A stretch of 53,176 bases of DNA from positions 1 to 53,176 of the forward strand of contig CBFGJV010000003.1 in assembly GCA_965649205.1 (NCBI GenBank), read 5' to 3'. The notes beneath the pieces are model-generated. The model worked only from the letters and a program-made list of their open reading frames with translations. It ran no database searches and had not been told where the DNA came from. The position numbers and the translations under genes are program-made. This stretch comes from a candidate division WOR-3 bacterium (GTDB lineage: Bacteria; Hydrothermota; Tepidihabitantia; Tepidihabitantales; Tepidihabitantaceae). This document shows positions 8,093 through 17,826 of this stretch, piece by piece. Position 1 is the stretch's first letter. Each line of letters starts with the position of its first letter.

Positions 8093-9141
8093 AAGAACTG
8101 CTTACCCCGCGTGAACGTTTCAATCTGCTGGTGATAGACGAACCACAGGATAGAGTGCCGGTATTTCCTTTGGTCACTTCCCACGCGGCCCGGGTCGCCG
8201 GCATCAGCGTGCGCGAGTATGTAACCAGTGGTAGAGCCATGGCCGAGGCTCAACTTCTGGCCCGGGAAAAGTACGGCCACGACTTTATCTCCTTCTTTTC
8301 TGAAGTTGGCATCATCGCGGAAGCGCTGGGTTCGGAGTTTGACTTTCCCCAAGACGACCTGCCCATGCTGATGCGGCCACGCTGGCAGGAACTGCCAGAC
8401 GAATCTGACCTGGCGAACTTTTCCCGCTTGTCTGAAAAAAGCAGACTTTGCGTCTATCTAGAAGCTATCGAAGTTGCCTACGAGGCGGTCGGCGACCGGG
8501 TGCCGATACTCGCCTACATTCCCGCTCCATTTACCACCTGCCAGCATTTGGTTGAAACCGAAAATTTCCTCCTCGGGCTTATGCTTGAGCCGCAGAAGAT
8601 TCATAATCTGCTTGCCTGGGCTACCCGGGCGGTAGTAGACTTCTCCCGGGCCTGCATCGAAGCCGGCGCCCTGCCCCTGTTGGTTGACCCTCTGGCCTCA
8701 GGCAGTGTCGTCTCGGCCGAGCATTTCCGCGAGTTCTGCCTGCCTTACGAAAAACGGGTCATTGATTACTGGCACCGCTACGACCTAGATGTCATTCTCC
8801 ACATCTGCGGCGATACTTCAGGGATAGTAGAACTCCTGCCCGACACTGGTGCTGACCTCTTGAGCCTTGACCGGATTGACCTGAAACAGGCAATACAGAA
8901 GGCCGGCTCCCGCTGTCGCCTCATTGGCAACTTCCACACCACTGACCTCTGGCTGTCTTCGCCCCAGACAATTGCGCAGGCCGCCAAGGAAATGGTTGCC
9001 ACCGGCCGAGAATGTCCAATGGGTTTTGTTGCCTCTACTGGTTGTGAAGTCCCGCTTGCCACTCCGCCGGAAAATATCAAAGCCTTCATCCGGGCGTGCT
9101 GCGAAGCCGGAGACAACCCTCACTTCGGTCGACGCAACTAG
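8089..9141 (+). CDS. UroD-family methylcobamide:thiol methyltransferase (MtaA/CmuA-like)
   Basis: DRVPVFP N-terminus; AEALG; zinc motif LHICG; C-terminal STGCEVP...TPPENI. Confidence 0.85.
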   Translation: MKELLTPRERFNLLVIDEPQDRVPVFPLVTSHAARVAGISVREYVTSGRAMAEAQLLAREKYGHDFISFFSEVGIIAEALGSEFDFPQDDLPMLMRPRWQELPDESDLANFSRLSEKSRLCVYLEAIEVAYEAVGDRVPILAYIPAPFTTCQHLVETENFLLGLMLEPQKIHNLLAWATRAVVDFSRACIEAGALPLLVDPLASGSVVSAEHFREFCLPYEKRVIDYWHRYDLDVILHICGDTSGIVELLPDTGADLLSLDRIDLKQAIQKAGSRCRLIGNFHTTDLWLSSPQTIAQAAKEMVATGRECPMGFVASTGCEVPLATPPENIKAFIRACCEAGDNPHFGRRN

Positions 9142-9958
9142 GAAAACAATCCCTTTGGGCAACTTTGCCAAGAACAGAATTGAAGCCCAACCTCAAGTCT
9201 AAGCACATAAGTCCCCTGTTCTTTCGACAAACGTTGTCCCTCAAGTCCACCGGACTCGCGACCAAGCCGGGCAGAAAGCCGCCCGGCAAGTTGTTTGCTC
9301 TTCGCGCTTGTCCCTTGCTGCTATAGCCGACCGGGGAAAAGCACAACGTACCGCAACACCCTTAACACGGATGCCAGCTGAGCGGAAGACTCTTTTATCC
9401 GCTGACCGAACCCTCTCCCTGGCAGAAACGTGCATGGCGACCCAGCTGTCAGGAGAAAAAATCCGGACGCCGCGTCGGAAAGCCAAAAAGCAATCCACTC
9501 TGATAGCGGCTGGGGGAGCCATTGGGGAACGGGGGAGGAAGCAAGGGGCGAGCTGATCTATCTTATTGCTGGCGCAGCAGTTAGCAGGAAATAAGCCCAG
9601 ACCGAGAGCAATTTTCATTAGTATTACGGGCAGGTGGAAAGACAAGCTGAGGACAGCCGTTACCATATGAACGAAGTGGCCGGCATTTGTCTGCCGCGAG
9701 AAGCTCGGGCCAGCGAACTTCTGCCAGCCGAAGTATAGCGTCAGGTTCCGCCGCCGCGCAGGGCAAAACCGGCAGGGCCGGGCAGTTCTGGCTATGTCCG
9801 GACAACTTGTAGTAACCAGCCTGCGCAGTATCTGATGCGGTCACACCACCTCTTCGCTACTCCTCTGTCTGACTATTTGTCTCCCCGTCTCCCGCTCTGC
9901 ACTAACAGACACCTTGCGAGCACTTTGCCAGTGCGCAAACCGGAAGTTGTAACAAAAC

Positions 9959-9986
9959 TTGACACCTGGCCGGACACCAGGATAAT
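9959..9986 (+). promoter_or_regulatory. sigma70-like promoter upstream of prfA
   Basis: TTGACA-N16-GATAAT. Confidence 0.6.
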
Positions 9987-10096
9987 GGCCCGTGCTCCGT
10001 ACTACAAGTGCCTGCTTCTTACCCTTACTGACAGCCGCGGTAAGTTATCACCGCACCGCGGGTATCTGCTTTCGTTAGTTTTTCTCTAAAACCACC

Positions 10097-11242
10097 ATGC
10101 CTACTTCTGCAGCAGAATTCCGGCGCAAATTGCAGCCCCTGTTGGCGCGTGCAGCCGAACTGGAAGCGAGCATCCACAAACCGGAAGTAATTTCCCATCC
10201 TGCCCGCGCGCAACAACTGACCAAAGAATACCGCCGACTTGCTGCTCTTTGTTCGCGTCTGGATCAATACGAACAAGTAGAAAAAGAAATCTTCAACACC
10301 AACAAGCTTCTGTCTGAAACTGACGACGAAGAAATGTGCAACCTCATAGAAATGGAGCTGAATGAACTGCAAGACCGCCTGCAGCAGCTGGAATCTGAGC
10401 TGGAGCAGGCACTTATGCCCCGCTCTCCCGACTGGGAAAAGAGCTGTATTGTGGAAATTCGCGCTGCGGCCGGAGGCGAAGAGGCTGCGCTTTTTGCCGC
10501 CGACCTGTTCCGGATGTACTCCCGTTACGCCGAACGACACGGGCTTAAGCTGGAAGTAATGAGCACGCGACCCAGTGACCTGAAAGGTTTCAAGGAAGTG
10601 ATCTTTGCTGTAGAAGGGGCTGAACCATTCCGCCGCTATCGCTTTGAATCCGGCGTCCACCGGGTACAGCGGGTTCCGCAGACCGAAGCTTCCGGACGTA
10701 TCCACACCTCCACCGTCACCGTGGCGGTTCTGCCTGAACCTGAAGAACTGGAACTGAAAATTGACCCGGCAGACCTCAAGGTAGAAGTATTCCGCGCAGG
10801 CGGACACGGCGGCCAGCATGTGAATGTTACCGATTCGGCTGTGCGCATCACCCACCTTCCCACCGGTATCGTGGTGCAGTGTCAGGACGAACGTTCGCAG
10901 GGTCGCAACAAGGCCAAAGCCATGAAAGTATTGGCGGCACGCATACTGGACGCCAAGAGAGCCGAGGAACAGAAAAAAACCTCTGCCGCGCGCCGCTCTC
11001 AGATTGGCACCGGCGACCGCAGCGAAAAGATACGCACCTACAACTTCCCGCAGAATCGGGTAACCGACCATCGTATCGGGCTTACGCTGCATCAGCTGGA
11101 CTCAGTACTGGACGGCAACCTGGACCCCATCTTCACCGCTTTGGAAAAGGCTGAGGCAGAAAAAGCCGCCGCCCTTCAGGCCGCCTCGGTGGTAACACCC
11201 TCGCCCAAAACCCAGACCGGCAATCCCAAGACCCGCAAATAA
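10097..11242 (+). CDS. prfA: Peptide chain release factor 1
   Basis: HRVQRVPQTE (PxT), GGHGGQHVN, DRSEKIRTYNFPQNRVTDHRI. Confidence 0.97.
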   Translation: MPTSAAEFRRKLQPLLARAAELEASIHKPEVISHPARAQQLTKEYRRLAALCSRLDQYEQVEKEIFNTNKLLSETDDEEMCNLIEMELNELQDRLQQLESELEQALMPRSPDWEKSCIVEIRAAAGGEEAALFAADLFRMYSRYAERHGLKLEVMSTRPSDLKGFKEVIFAVEGAEPFRRYRFESGVHRVQRVPQTEASGRIHTSTVTVAVLPEPEELELKIDPADLKVEVFRAGGHGGQHVNVTDSAVRITHLPTGIVVQCQDERSQGRNKAKAMKVLAARILDAKRAEEQKKTSAARRSQIGTGDRSEKIRTYNFPQNRVTDHRIGLTLHQLDSVLDGNLDPIFTALEKAEAEKAAALQAASVVTPSPKTQTGNPKTRK

Positions 11243-12085
11243 GTGGTCCTGCGGACGCCCGCCGCTACCCTCCTCGCCACTGTTCCTCTTCCTCGCCCGG
11301 AAGCCGAATTTCTCCTGGAGCATCTTTTGCAGTGTAAACGACACGAATTGTATCTGGCAGAAAAGCCGGTCCCCTCCGCTATCCGGAGACGTTTCTTGAC
11401 CCTCGCGCACAGAGCGGCACAGGGAGAACCGGTCCAGTATCTTGTTCAATCCGCACCGTTTCTGGACTTTGAGTTGTACGTTGACCCCCGCGTCTTCATT
11501 CCCAGACCCGAAACAGAAGAACTGGTCCTGCGCGCGGTATCCCGCCTTCACCCCGTGCTGTCTTCGCCTCAGCGCCTTATCGTGATTGACTTTGGCACCG
11601 GCTCTGGATGCATTGCCATTGCCCTCGCCCGCATGTTTCCCCGCTTGAAGATACTGGCCGTTGACTCCTCCCCAGCTGCGCTGGAAGTATGCCGCCTCAA
11701 CTGCTATCGTCTGCGTGTCGCCAGTCGTATCCGCACCATTCTGGCTTCCGACTTCTCTCATCCTCAGCTTGCCCGGTTGCGTGGAAAAGTAACCCTGCTC
11801 ATTTCCAATCCGCCTTATGTGCCCACCAGCCGTCTGCGCCGGCTGGAAGCACAGGTAAAGAACTACGAACCCCACGCTGCGCTTGATGGCGGTCCTAAAG
11901 GGACTAATATCGTGACGATGCTGCTCAACCAAGGTCGGGAAACGCTGACACCCGGTGGTCTGTTGGCGCTGGAAATAGACTCTGCCGCCGGCCGCTATCT
12001 TACCCGCCTTGCTCCCGAGGCCACGCTGGAACGTGACCTGTCTGGTCGCATCCGTTATCTGTTTTCTTCGCGGGAGGTGAAATGA
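11243..12085 (+). CDS. prmC: Release factor glutamine methyltransferase
   Basis: IPRPETEELV, DFGTGSGCIA, SNPPY; directly after prfA. Confidence 0.95.
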   Translation: MVLRTPAATLLATVPLPRPEAEFLLEHLLQCKRHELYLAEKPVPSAIRRRFLTLAHRAAQGEPVQYLVQSAPFLDFELYVDPRVFIPRPETEELVLRAVSRLHPVLSSPQRLIVIDFGTGSGCIAIALARMFPRLKILAVDSSPAALEVCRLNCYRLRVASRIRTILASDFSHPQLARLRGKVTLLISNPPYVPTSRLRRLEAQVKNYEPHAALDGGPKGTNIVTMLLNQGRETLTPGGLLALEIDSAAGRYLTRLAPEATLERDLSGRIRYLFSSREVK

Positions 12086-12921
12086 GAATCGGACTTGTAG
12101 TCAATCCCCGCAAACCACTGGCAAGAAAATTCGTCCCAGCTCTTGCCTCCTGGCTGCAGAAACAGGGACATGAATCACTGGCAGCCGCAGACCTGAATCT
12201 TTCTCTACCGGCAAGACGCCTGCCTGTGAGGCAACTAGTTCGACACTCAGATCTTGTATTGGCGCTTGGTGGAGATGGAACTCTTCTGCGTGCCGCCCAC
12301 CTGGTTGGCCCGCTCAACCGCCCCATTATGGGCATAAATCTGGGTGAACTGGGGTTTTTGACTGAATTCTCCACTAAAGAAGCGCGGGCTGGTATCCGGG
12401 CCTTTGTTTCTGGCCGACATGCCGAAGAACAACGTATGCTGCTTGTCTGCCGCCTCGGCTCCAGACGAGGCTTCGCTCTCAATGACTGTGCCCTGAATAT
12501 GGGCACAAGTGGCCGCGTCATAGACGTTATCGCCCGGGCGGGAAACGTCTTCGTCAACCGCTTTGTCGGCGATGGTGTGGTAGTAGCTACTCCCACCGGT
12601 TCCACCGCATACTCGCTGGCCGCAGGAGGACCGGTAGTTCATCCGACAATGCAGGCTATTCTCCTCACCCCCCTTGCTCCCCACGCCCTTGCCGCCCGTC
12701 CCCTGCTTCTGCCGGCAGATACGCAACTTGAACTGACGCTTGCTTTTGCTTCTGAATCGGCCATACTGAACCTGGACGGCCAGCGCCGCTGGCGTCTTCA
12801 GGCTGGCCAGACTGTAACAATCACTCGGGCAGATTTTTTCGTCCGGCTTGTGGTGCCAAGGCATCGTTCCTATTACAGCATTCTGCGGAATAAGCTGAAA
12901 TGGGCCGGCAGTCAAGTATGA
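12082..12921 (+). CDS. nadK: NAD kinase
   Basis: GGDGT, GELGFL, DGVVVATPTGSTAYSLAAGGP. Confidence 0.95.
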   Translation: MRIGLVVNPRKPLARKFVPALASWLQKQGHESLAAADLNLSLPARRLPVRQLVRHSDLVLALGGDGTLLRAAHLVGPLNRPIMGINLGELGFLTEFSTKEARAGIRAFVSGRHAEEQRMLLVCRLGSRRGFALNDCALNMGTSGRVIDVIARAGNVFVNRFVGDGVVVATPTGSTAYSLAAGGPVVHPTMQAILLTPLAPHALAARPLLLPADTQLELTLAFASESAILNLDGQRRWRLQAGQTVTITRADFFVRLVVPRHRSYYSILRNKLKWAGSQV

Positions 12922-13062
12922 GAACAGGTAAAAATAGATTGGCCGAGAAGGAACAACTGTTCCCCGCTTCCCGTGCTTTACTCCCTACTCTCCCCTCCCC
13001 ACCCCGCACTACTCTCTCACCTTGCTGCTCTTTCTGCCTTCGCCATCCGTAGTCAGAATAAG

Positions 13063-14742
13063 ATGCTTGTTGAGCTTCAGATTAGAAACTACGCCCTTAT
13101 TGACCATCTGGTCCTGGAACTTGGTCCCGGTCTGAATGTCATCACTGGCGAGACCGGTGCAGGCAAGTCCATAATCTTGGGTGCGCTGTCGCTGGTCTTA
13201 GGCGAAAGGGCCGATCCGGACCTGATACGTGCGGGCACCAGCGAAGCCCAAGTGCAAGCCCGATTCACTGCTATTCCAGATGCAGTTTTTGCCAGACTTC
13301 AGGAAATAGGCATTGCGGCTCCGGACCGTACCCTCATTCTCCGCCGCAAGGTAGATAGAACCGGCCGCAGCGTTGCCTATGCCAACGATACGGCCATTAC
13401 TATCCATGCCCTCAGCCAGATTGGCGACTGTCTAATTGACCTGCATGGCCAGCATCAGCACCAGCTCCTGCTCAAACCCGAGGTCCACCGGGAACTTCTT
13501 GACCGTTATGGCCAGCTTACCGACCAGTGCAGAGAATTCGCCCAGGACTACGCCCGGATGCTGCAACTCAGAGCCGAACTGGCCACACTGGAAAAAGACC
13601 TTGCTGAGCGTGGTCGCCGCCGCGACCTGACTGAATACCAGGCACAGGAACTGGCTGCAGCTGGCATCAGAAAAGGAGAACTCGCTGCCCTGCAGGAAGA
13701 GAGCGAACTATTGGCTTCGGCAGAAAGACGTTACGCTCTGGCCCAGGAATTGGAGGCGCTGCTTTCAGAACAGGAGCCGTCTGCGTGCGGTCTTCTGGCG
13801 ATAGCAGAGAGAAAGCTTGCCGAGCTTGCCGGGCTGGACGCTACGTTATCTTCCTGGCGCGACCTCCTCGCCACCGCCCGGGTGCAATTGGAAGAACTTG
13901 TGCGCGCAGTATCTTCGTACCGCGCCCGCATAGAGTTTTCGCCCGCCCGGTCTGAAGAAGTGAACTCCAGACTGTTCCTGATACAGAAACTGGAAAAGAA
14001 ATACGGCCTCCCGGCAGATGAACTGGCCGACCTACAGGAAAAACTCACTCAGGAGCTGAATTCTGTTGAGCTAGATGAAACCAGATGCAAAGAACTGCGC
14101 CAGCAGCTGGTAGATATGGAGCAATCCCTCCTGGCTCGCGCCTGCCGCCTTTCCCGCGCCCGCCGTCAGGCAGGAACAAAAATGGAAAGGGAACTGGAAA
14201 AAACCTGTGCCCAGCTGGGACTGGAAAAAGCTCGTCTCTCGGTACAAATCTCTGCCCCTGATTCTCCTGACGCCAATCTATTGTCTCCTGCCGGCCTTGA
14301 TACGGTAGAATTTCTTTTCTCAGCCAATCCGGGCGAACCACTTAAACCTCTGCGCAAGGTTGCCTCAGGAGGAGAACTTTCCCGACTGATGCTTGCCGCA
14401 AAGAGCGTGCTTACCGGCACAACCATGGTGCCGATTATGGTGTTTGACGAAATTGACTCCGGAATTGGCGGCCGGATAGCAGAAAGAGTAGGCAGAACCC
14501 TTCGCCATCTGGGCCAGACACAGCAAGTAGTATGTATAACTCACCTGCCTCAGATTGCGCAGTATGCCGACAATCATTATGTCGTTACCAAGCAGAATAA
14601 ACGGGGTCGTTCTGTTACCACGCTTATCCCCGTACACGGAGAGGCGCGCATCCAGGAACTGGCGCGTATGATCGCCGGCGAAAAAATAACCGAGACCAGT
14701 CTGGCCCGGGCCCGGGAAATGCTCCGGGAAGCAGGAAAATGA
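13063..14742 (+). CDS. recN: DNA repair protein RecN
   Basis: Start reassigned to MLVELQIRNY; Walker A TGETGAGKS; HGQH; SGGELSR; FDEID; ITHLPQIA. Confidence 0.96.
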   Translation: MLVELQIRNYALIDHLVLELGPGLNVITGETGAGKSIILGALSLVLGERADPDLIRAGTSEAQVQARFTAIPDAVFARLQEIGIAAPDRTLILRRKVDRTGRSVAYANDTAITIHALSQIGDCLIDLHGQHQHQLLLKPEVHRELLDRYGQLTDQCREFAQDYARMLQLRAELATLEKDLAERGRRRDLTEYQAQELAAAGIRKGELAALQEESELLASAERRYALAQELEALLSEQEPSACGLLAIAERKLAELAGLDATLSSWRDLLATARVQLEELVRAVSSYRARIEFSPARSEEVNSRLFLIQKLEKKYGLPADELADLQEKLTQELNSVELDETRCKELRQQLVDMEQSLLARACRLSRARRQAGTKMERELEKTCAQLGLEKARLSVQISAPDSPDANLLSPAGLDTVEFLFSANPGEPLKPLRKVASGGELSRLMLAAKSVLTGTTMVPIMVFDEIDSGIGGRIAERVGRTLRHLGQTQQVVCITHLPQIAQYADNHYVVTKQNKRGRSVTTLIPVHGEARIQELARMIAGEKITETSLARAREMLREAGK

Positions 14743-15350
14743 CCCTCCCCGAATCAAACTCCGACCGGACCATAATAAGACGACTCATCACCCTGCCGAA
14801 CCTGCTCAGTCTTTCCCGGGTTCTCTTCCTGCCTATAGTGCTTTTGCTGCTGACCAGACACCAGGGCTATGCCGCTCTGGGACTTATGCTACTGGCCTGG
14901 ATAACAGACGCCCTGGACGGTTATCTGGCACGACGTCTCGGACAGGTGAGTGACTTGGGCCGGGTGCTGGACCACCTGGTAGACAAAATCTGGGTGGGCT
15001 CAGTAGTCGTAGCGCTGGTGTGTATCTCCAACCTACCCCTGGCAGTGGCTGCAGCCGTCATACTCCGCGATGTGCTTATTCTGGCCGGAAGCGTAGTCAT
15101 AATGAAAACCAAGGGCTCCTTTGTTTCGTCAGATGTTCTGGGCAAGATAACTGGCTGTGCATTTGCGCTGATGATGGTCTATTACACCCTCAATCTGCCT
15201 GCTCTGCTTCCCTACAAATACTATGTGGATTATACAGTCTCTGTGCTGATTGTAGTGTCGTTCCTCAACTATCTTTCCGTATTCCTGCGCAAAATGGGGA
15301 AGTTCCGCCTTCCTGGCGAAAACGAACGCAACTCCGGCTCAAGCGACTAG
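14739..15350 (+). CDS. CDP-alcohol phosphatidyltransferase (PgsA-like)
   Basis: PNLLSLSR; TDALDGYLARR...LGRVLDHLVDK signature. Confidence 0.9.
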   Translation: MTLPESNSDRTIIRRLITLPNLLSLSRVLFLPIVLLLLTRHQGYAALGLMLLAWITDALDGYLARRLGQVSDLGRVLDHLVDKIWVGSVVVALVCISNLPLAVAAAVILRDVLILAGSVVIMKTKGSFVSSDVLGKITGCAFALMMVYYTLNLPALLPYKYYVDYTVSVLIVVSFLNYLSVFLRKMGKFRLPGENERNSGSSD

Positions 15351-15366
15351 TCTTACCAGCCGTTTT

Positions 15367-16482
15367 CTATTTCTTACCTGTCTGGCTGATCTTCAGGAAA
15401 TTCCGCTTGAAGCAGGCCAGGGCCTTATCCATATCCGTCCTTGCCACCGGCCCCATATGCCCGATTCTTACCACCTTGCCGCGCATATCAGCCTGACCGT
15501 TGGCAAACAGGAATCCTTCCTTTCTGCACGCCGCCACCACCGCAGAACCATCCACCCCTTCCGGCATCTTGACCACAGTCAGCGCATTCGAGGGGTGCTG
15601 GGGAAACAGCTCCAAACCCAACTTCTTCACAAAACTGCGTACGTACTCGGCCATCCTCTTATGTCGCTGCCAGTACTTCTCTATTCCTCCAGCCCGGCTT
15701 ATTTTACGCAATACCAGATCCAGAGCGAAAAAGATGGGTATGGCTGGAGTCCAGGGCGTCTGCCCCTTGGCCGCATATTTACGGTAAGCTCTCAAGTCGA
15801 AATAGAATCTGGTCCTGCGCGGCCGCTCAATCAGCTCCCACGCCCGGGGACTCACACTGATAAAGGACAGACCCGGCGGGACGGCCAGTGATTTCTGCGC
15901 CCCCCCGCACACCACATCGACTCCCCATTCATCCGTTCTCAGCTCATCTGCACCCAGACCGGCAATAGCATCTACCACCAGCACCCGGTTCAACCTATGA
16001 CATATCTCTCCATACGCTTTAATGTCATGCACTGCACCAGTAGAAGTCTCGGTCAAAGTGGCAAAGACGCAGCGGACGGCGTCATTGGAAAGCAGATGCC
16101 TCTCTACCTCTACCGGCGGTACCGACTCGCCATAAGGCACGCTCACCGTATCCACATAGCCGCCAAACCTGATGCCCAGTTCCTTCCATCTTTCTCCAAA
16201 CTTGCCGGCAGTCGCCACCAGAAGCTTGTCCCCCGGCCCTATCAGATTACTCACTGCTGCTTCCATTGCCCCGGTTCCGGAAGCAGTAAGAACAAAAACG
16301 TCGTTCTTCGTGAGCAACACCTGTTGCAGACGCTTGCGTACAGACTCATAAAGCTGGCTGAAAAGCTCTTCCCGATGGTACACCAGCTCCCGGGCCAACA
16401 TTTCTCTTACATCTTCCGGCACCTGTACCGGTCCGGGGGTAAATAATCTGTAGTTAGCTTTTACGGCTGCTTTTCGCTTCAT
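15367..16482 (-). CDS. Class V PLP aminotransferase (alanine-glyoxylate/serine-pyruvate family)
   Basis: LFTPGP, SGTGAMEA, ETSTG, VDAI, GAQKSL (PLP Lys), RIGHMG. Confidence 0.92.
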   Translation of the reverse strand: MKRKAAVKANYRLFTPGPVQVPEDVREMLARELVYHREELFSQLYESVRKRLQQVLLTKNDVFVLTASGTGAMEAAVSNLIGPGDKLLVATAGKFGERWKELGIRFGGYVDTVSVPYGESVPPVEVERHLLSNDAVRCVFATLTETSTGAVHDIKAYGEICHRLNRVLVVDAIAGLGADELRTDEWGVDVVCGGAQKSLAVPPGLSFISVSPRAWELIERPRRTRFYFDLRAYRKYAAKGQTPWTPAIPIFFALDLVLRKISRAGGIEKYWQRHKRMAEYVRSFVKKLGLELFPQHPSNALTVVKMPEGVDGSAVVAACRKEGFLFANGQADMRGKVVRIGHMGPVARTDMDKALACFKRNFLKISQTGKK

Positions 16483-17810
16483 CCACGTCTCCTTTTCCTG
16501 CTAATCTTGCTCTGATTCTTCTCTTTTCCATCTACCCTCCGCCCCGGGCCAAGTGTCTCTCTGCTCTTTTTGACTGCACAAAATTCCCCACACATGGTGC
16601 ACACACCCTCAGTCCGGGAGCGGCCCTGCCGGAATATCTCTCTGGCCCGTTGCGGGTCAAGGCATCCAGCAATCATGGCTTCCCAATTCAGCTCTGCCCG
16701 TGCCTGTGACACCCGATGGTCCCAAGCAATAGCCCGGGAACTCCCCCTGGCTATATCTGCCGCATGAGCGGCAATGCGGGAAGCGATGACTCCCTGCCGC
16801 ACGTCTTCCGGCCCGGGCAGTCCCAGATGTTCTGAAGGCGTAACATAGCACAGAAAGTCCGCTCCGGAATAGGCAGCCAGCGCCCCGCCTATGGCACCGG
16901 CGATGTGGTCGTATCCACAGGCCACATCCGTCACCAGTGGTCCCAAAAGATAGAAAGGCGCTTCCTCGCAGACTATTTTCTCCAATCGCACGTTCGCCTC
17001 TATCTGATCCAGAGGCACATGGCCAGGACCTTCTACCATCGCCTGCACACCTACAGCGCGTGCCCGTTGTACCAGTTCTCCTATGGTAAGAAGTTCAGCC
17101 ACCTGCGCCTCGTCTGTGGCATCTGCCAAGGCTCCCGGCCGCAGTCCATCGCCCAGACTCAACGTGGCTCCATAGTCTTTGGCCATAGCCAGAAGTTCAT
17201 CATAATACTCATAAAGGGGATTCTCTCTGCGGTTGTACTTCATCCATTCAATAGTCATGGAGCCACCCCGCGACACTACCCCGCATAGCCGTCGCACCCT
17301 GCATACTATCTCCAGGTTGCGTGTCGTAACTCCGCAGTGCACGGTAACAAAATCCACCCCATCTCGCAGATGCTTTTCCACTCCTGCCAGCAATTCGCGC
17401 GGGCGGCATTCCACAAATGACTTTCCCTTGCGCCGTGCGTCCAGAGCCACCTGATAAATAGGCACTGTTCCCACCGGCACAGAGGACTCAGCCAGAATTG
17501 CTCTCCTTGTCTCATCCACATCCCCACCCACGGAAAGGTCCATAACCGTGTCCGCACCCGCTTCTATTGCCACGCGCAGTTTTTCCAGCTCCTGCTTTGT
17601 GTCGCTGCGGTCTGGGGAAGTGCCAATGTTGGCATTCACCTTCACCCGCATACCCTTGCCCACAGCTACAGGTCGAATCTTATGCAAACGATTGGCAAGT
17701 ATGACTACTTTACCTGCTTGTATCAGTTGTTTCAGCTGAGCCAGACCGATACCCTCTTCGCGGCATATGTTGAGTAAACCGGAACTGCTCACGCTTTTCT
17801 CTCTTTTCAT
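16479..17810 (-). CDS. thiC: Phosphomethylpyrimidine synthase ThiC (ThiC/Bza family)
   Basis: KVNANIGTS, DTVMDLS, VSRGG, LGDGLRPG, EGPGH, YVTPSEHL, CTMCGEFC; GGAGG 7 nt before ATG 17810. Confidence 0.88.
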   Translation of the reverse strand: MKREKSVSSSGLLNICREEGIGLAQLKQLIQAGKVVILANRLHKIRPVAVGKGMRVKVNANIGTSPDRSDTKQELEKLRVAIEAGADTVMDLSVGGDVDETRRAILAESSVPVGTVPIYQVALDARRKGKSFVECRPRELLAGVEKHLRDGVDFVTVHCGVTTRNLEIVCRVRRLCGVVSRGGSMTIEWMKYNRRENPLYEYYDELLAMAKDYGATLSLGDGLRPGALADATDEAQVAELLTIGELVQRARAVGVQAMVEGPGHVPLDQIEANVRLEKIVCEEAPFYLLGPLVTDVACGYDHIAGAIGGALAAYSGADFLCYVTPSEHLGLPGPEDVRQGVIASRIAAHAADIARGSSRAIAWDHRVSQARAELNWEAMIAGCLDPQRAREIFRQGRSRTEGVCTMCGEFCAVKKSRETLGPGRRVDGKEKNQSKISRKRRRG

Positions 17811-17826
17811 CCGCATACCTCCACTC

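Noticed and set aside
9241..9666. 141-aa minus-strand ORF and other short ORFs in the intergenic gap
   Set aside because: No motif, atypical composition, no promoter or SD in register
10025..11932. Long antisense ORFs (355 aa, 276 aa) and the many similar ones across the track
   Set aside because: Shadows of well-supported genes on the opposite strand in GC-rich DNA
12973..13062. ORF-track N-terminal extensions (recN 12973, thiC 17858, 21739, 23013, 38084, 45229)
   Set aside because: Homology start points, SD or promoter positions, and stop/start overlaps favour the shorter starts given
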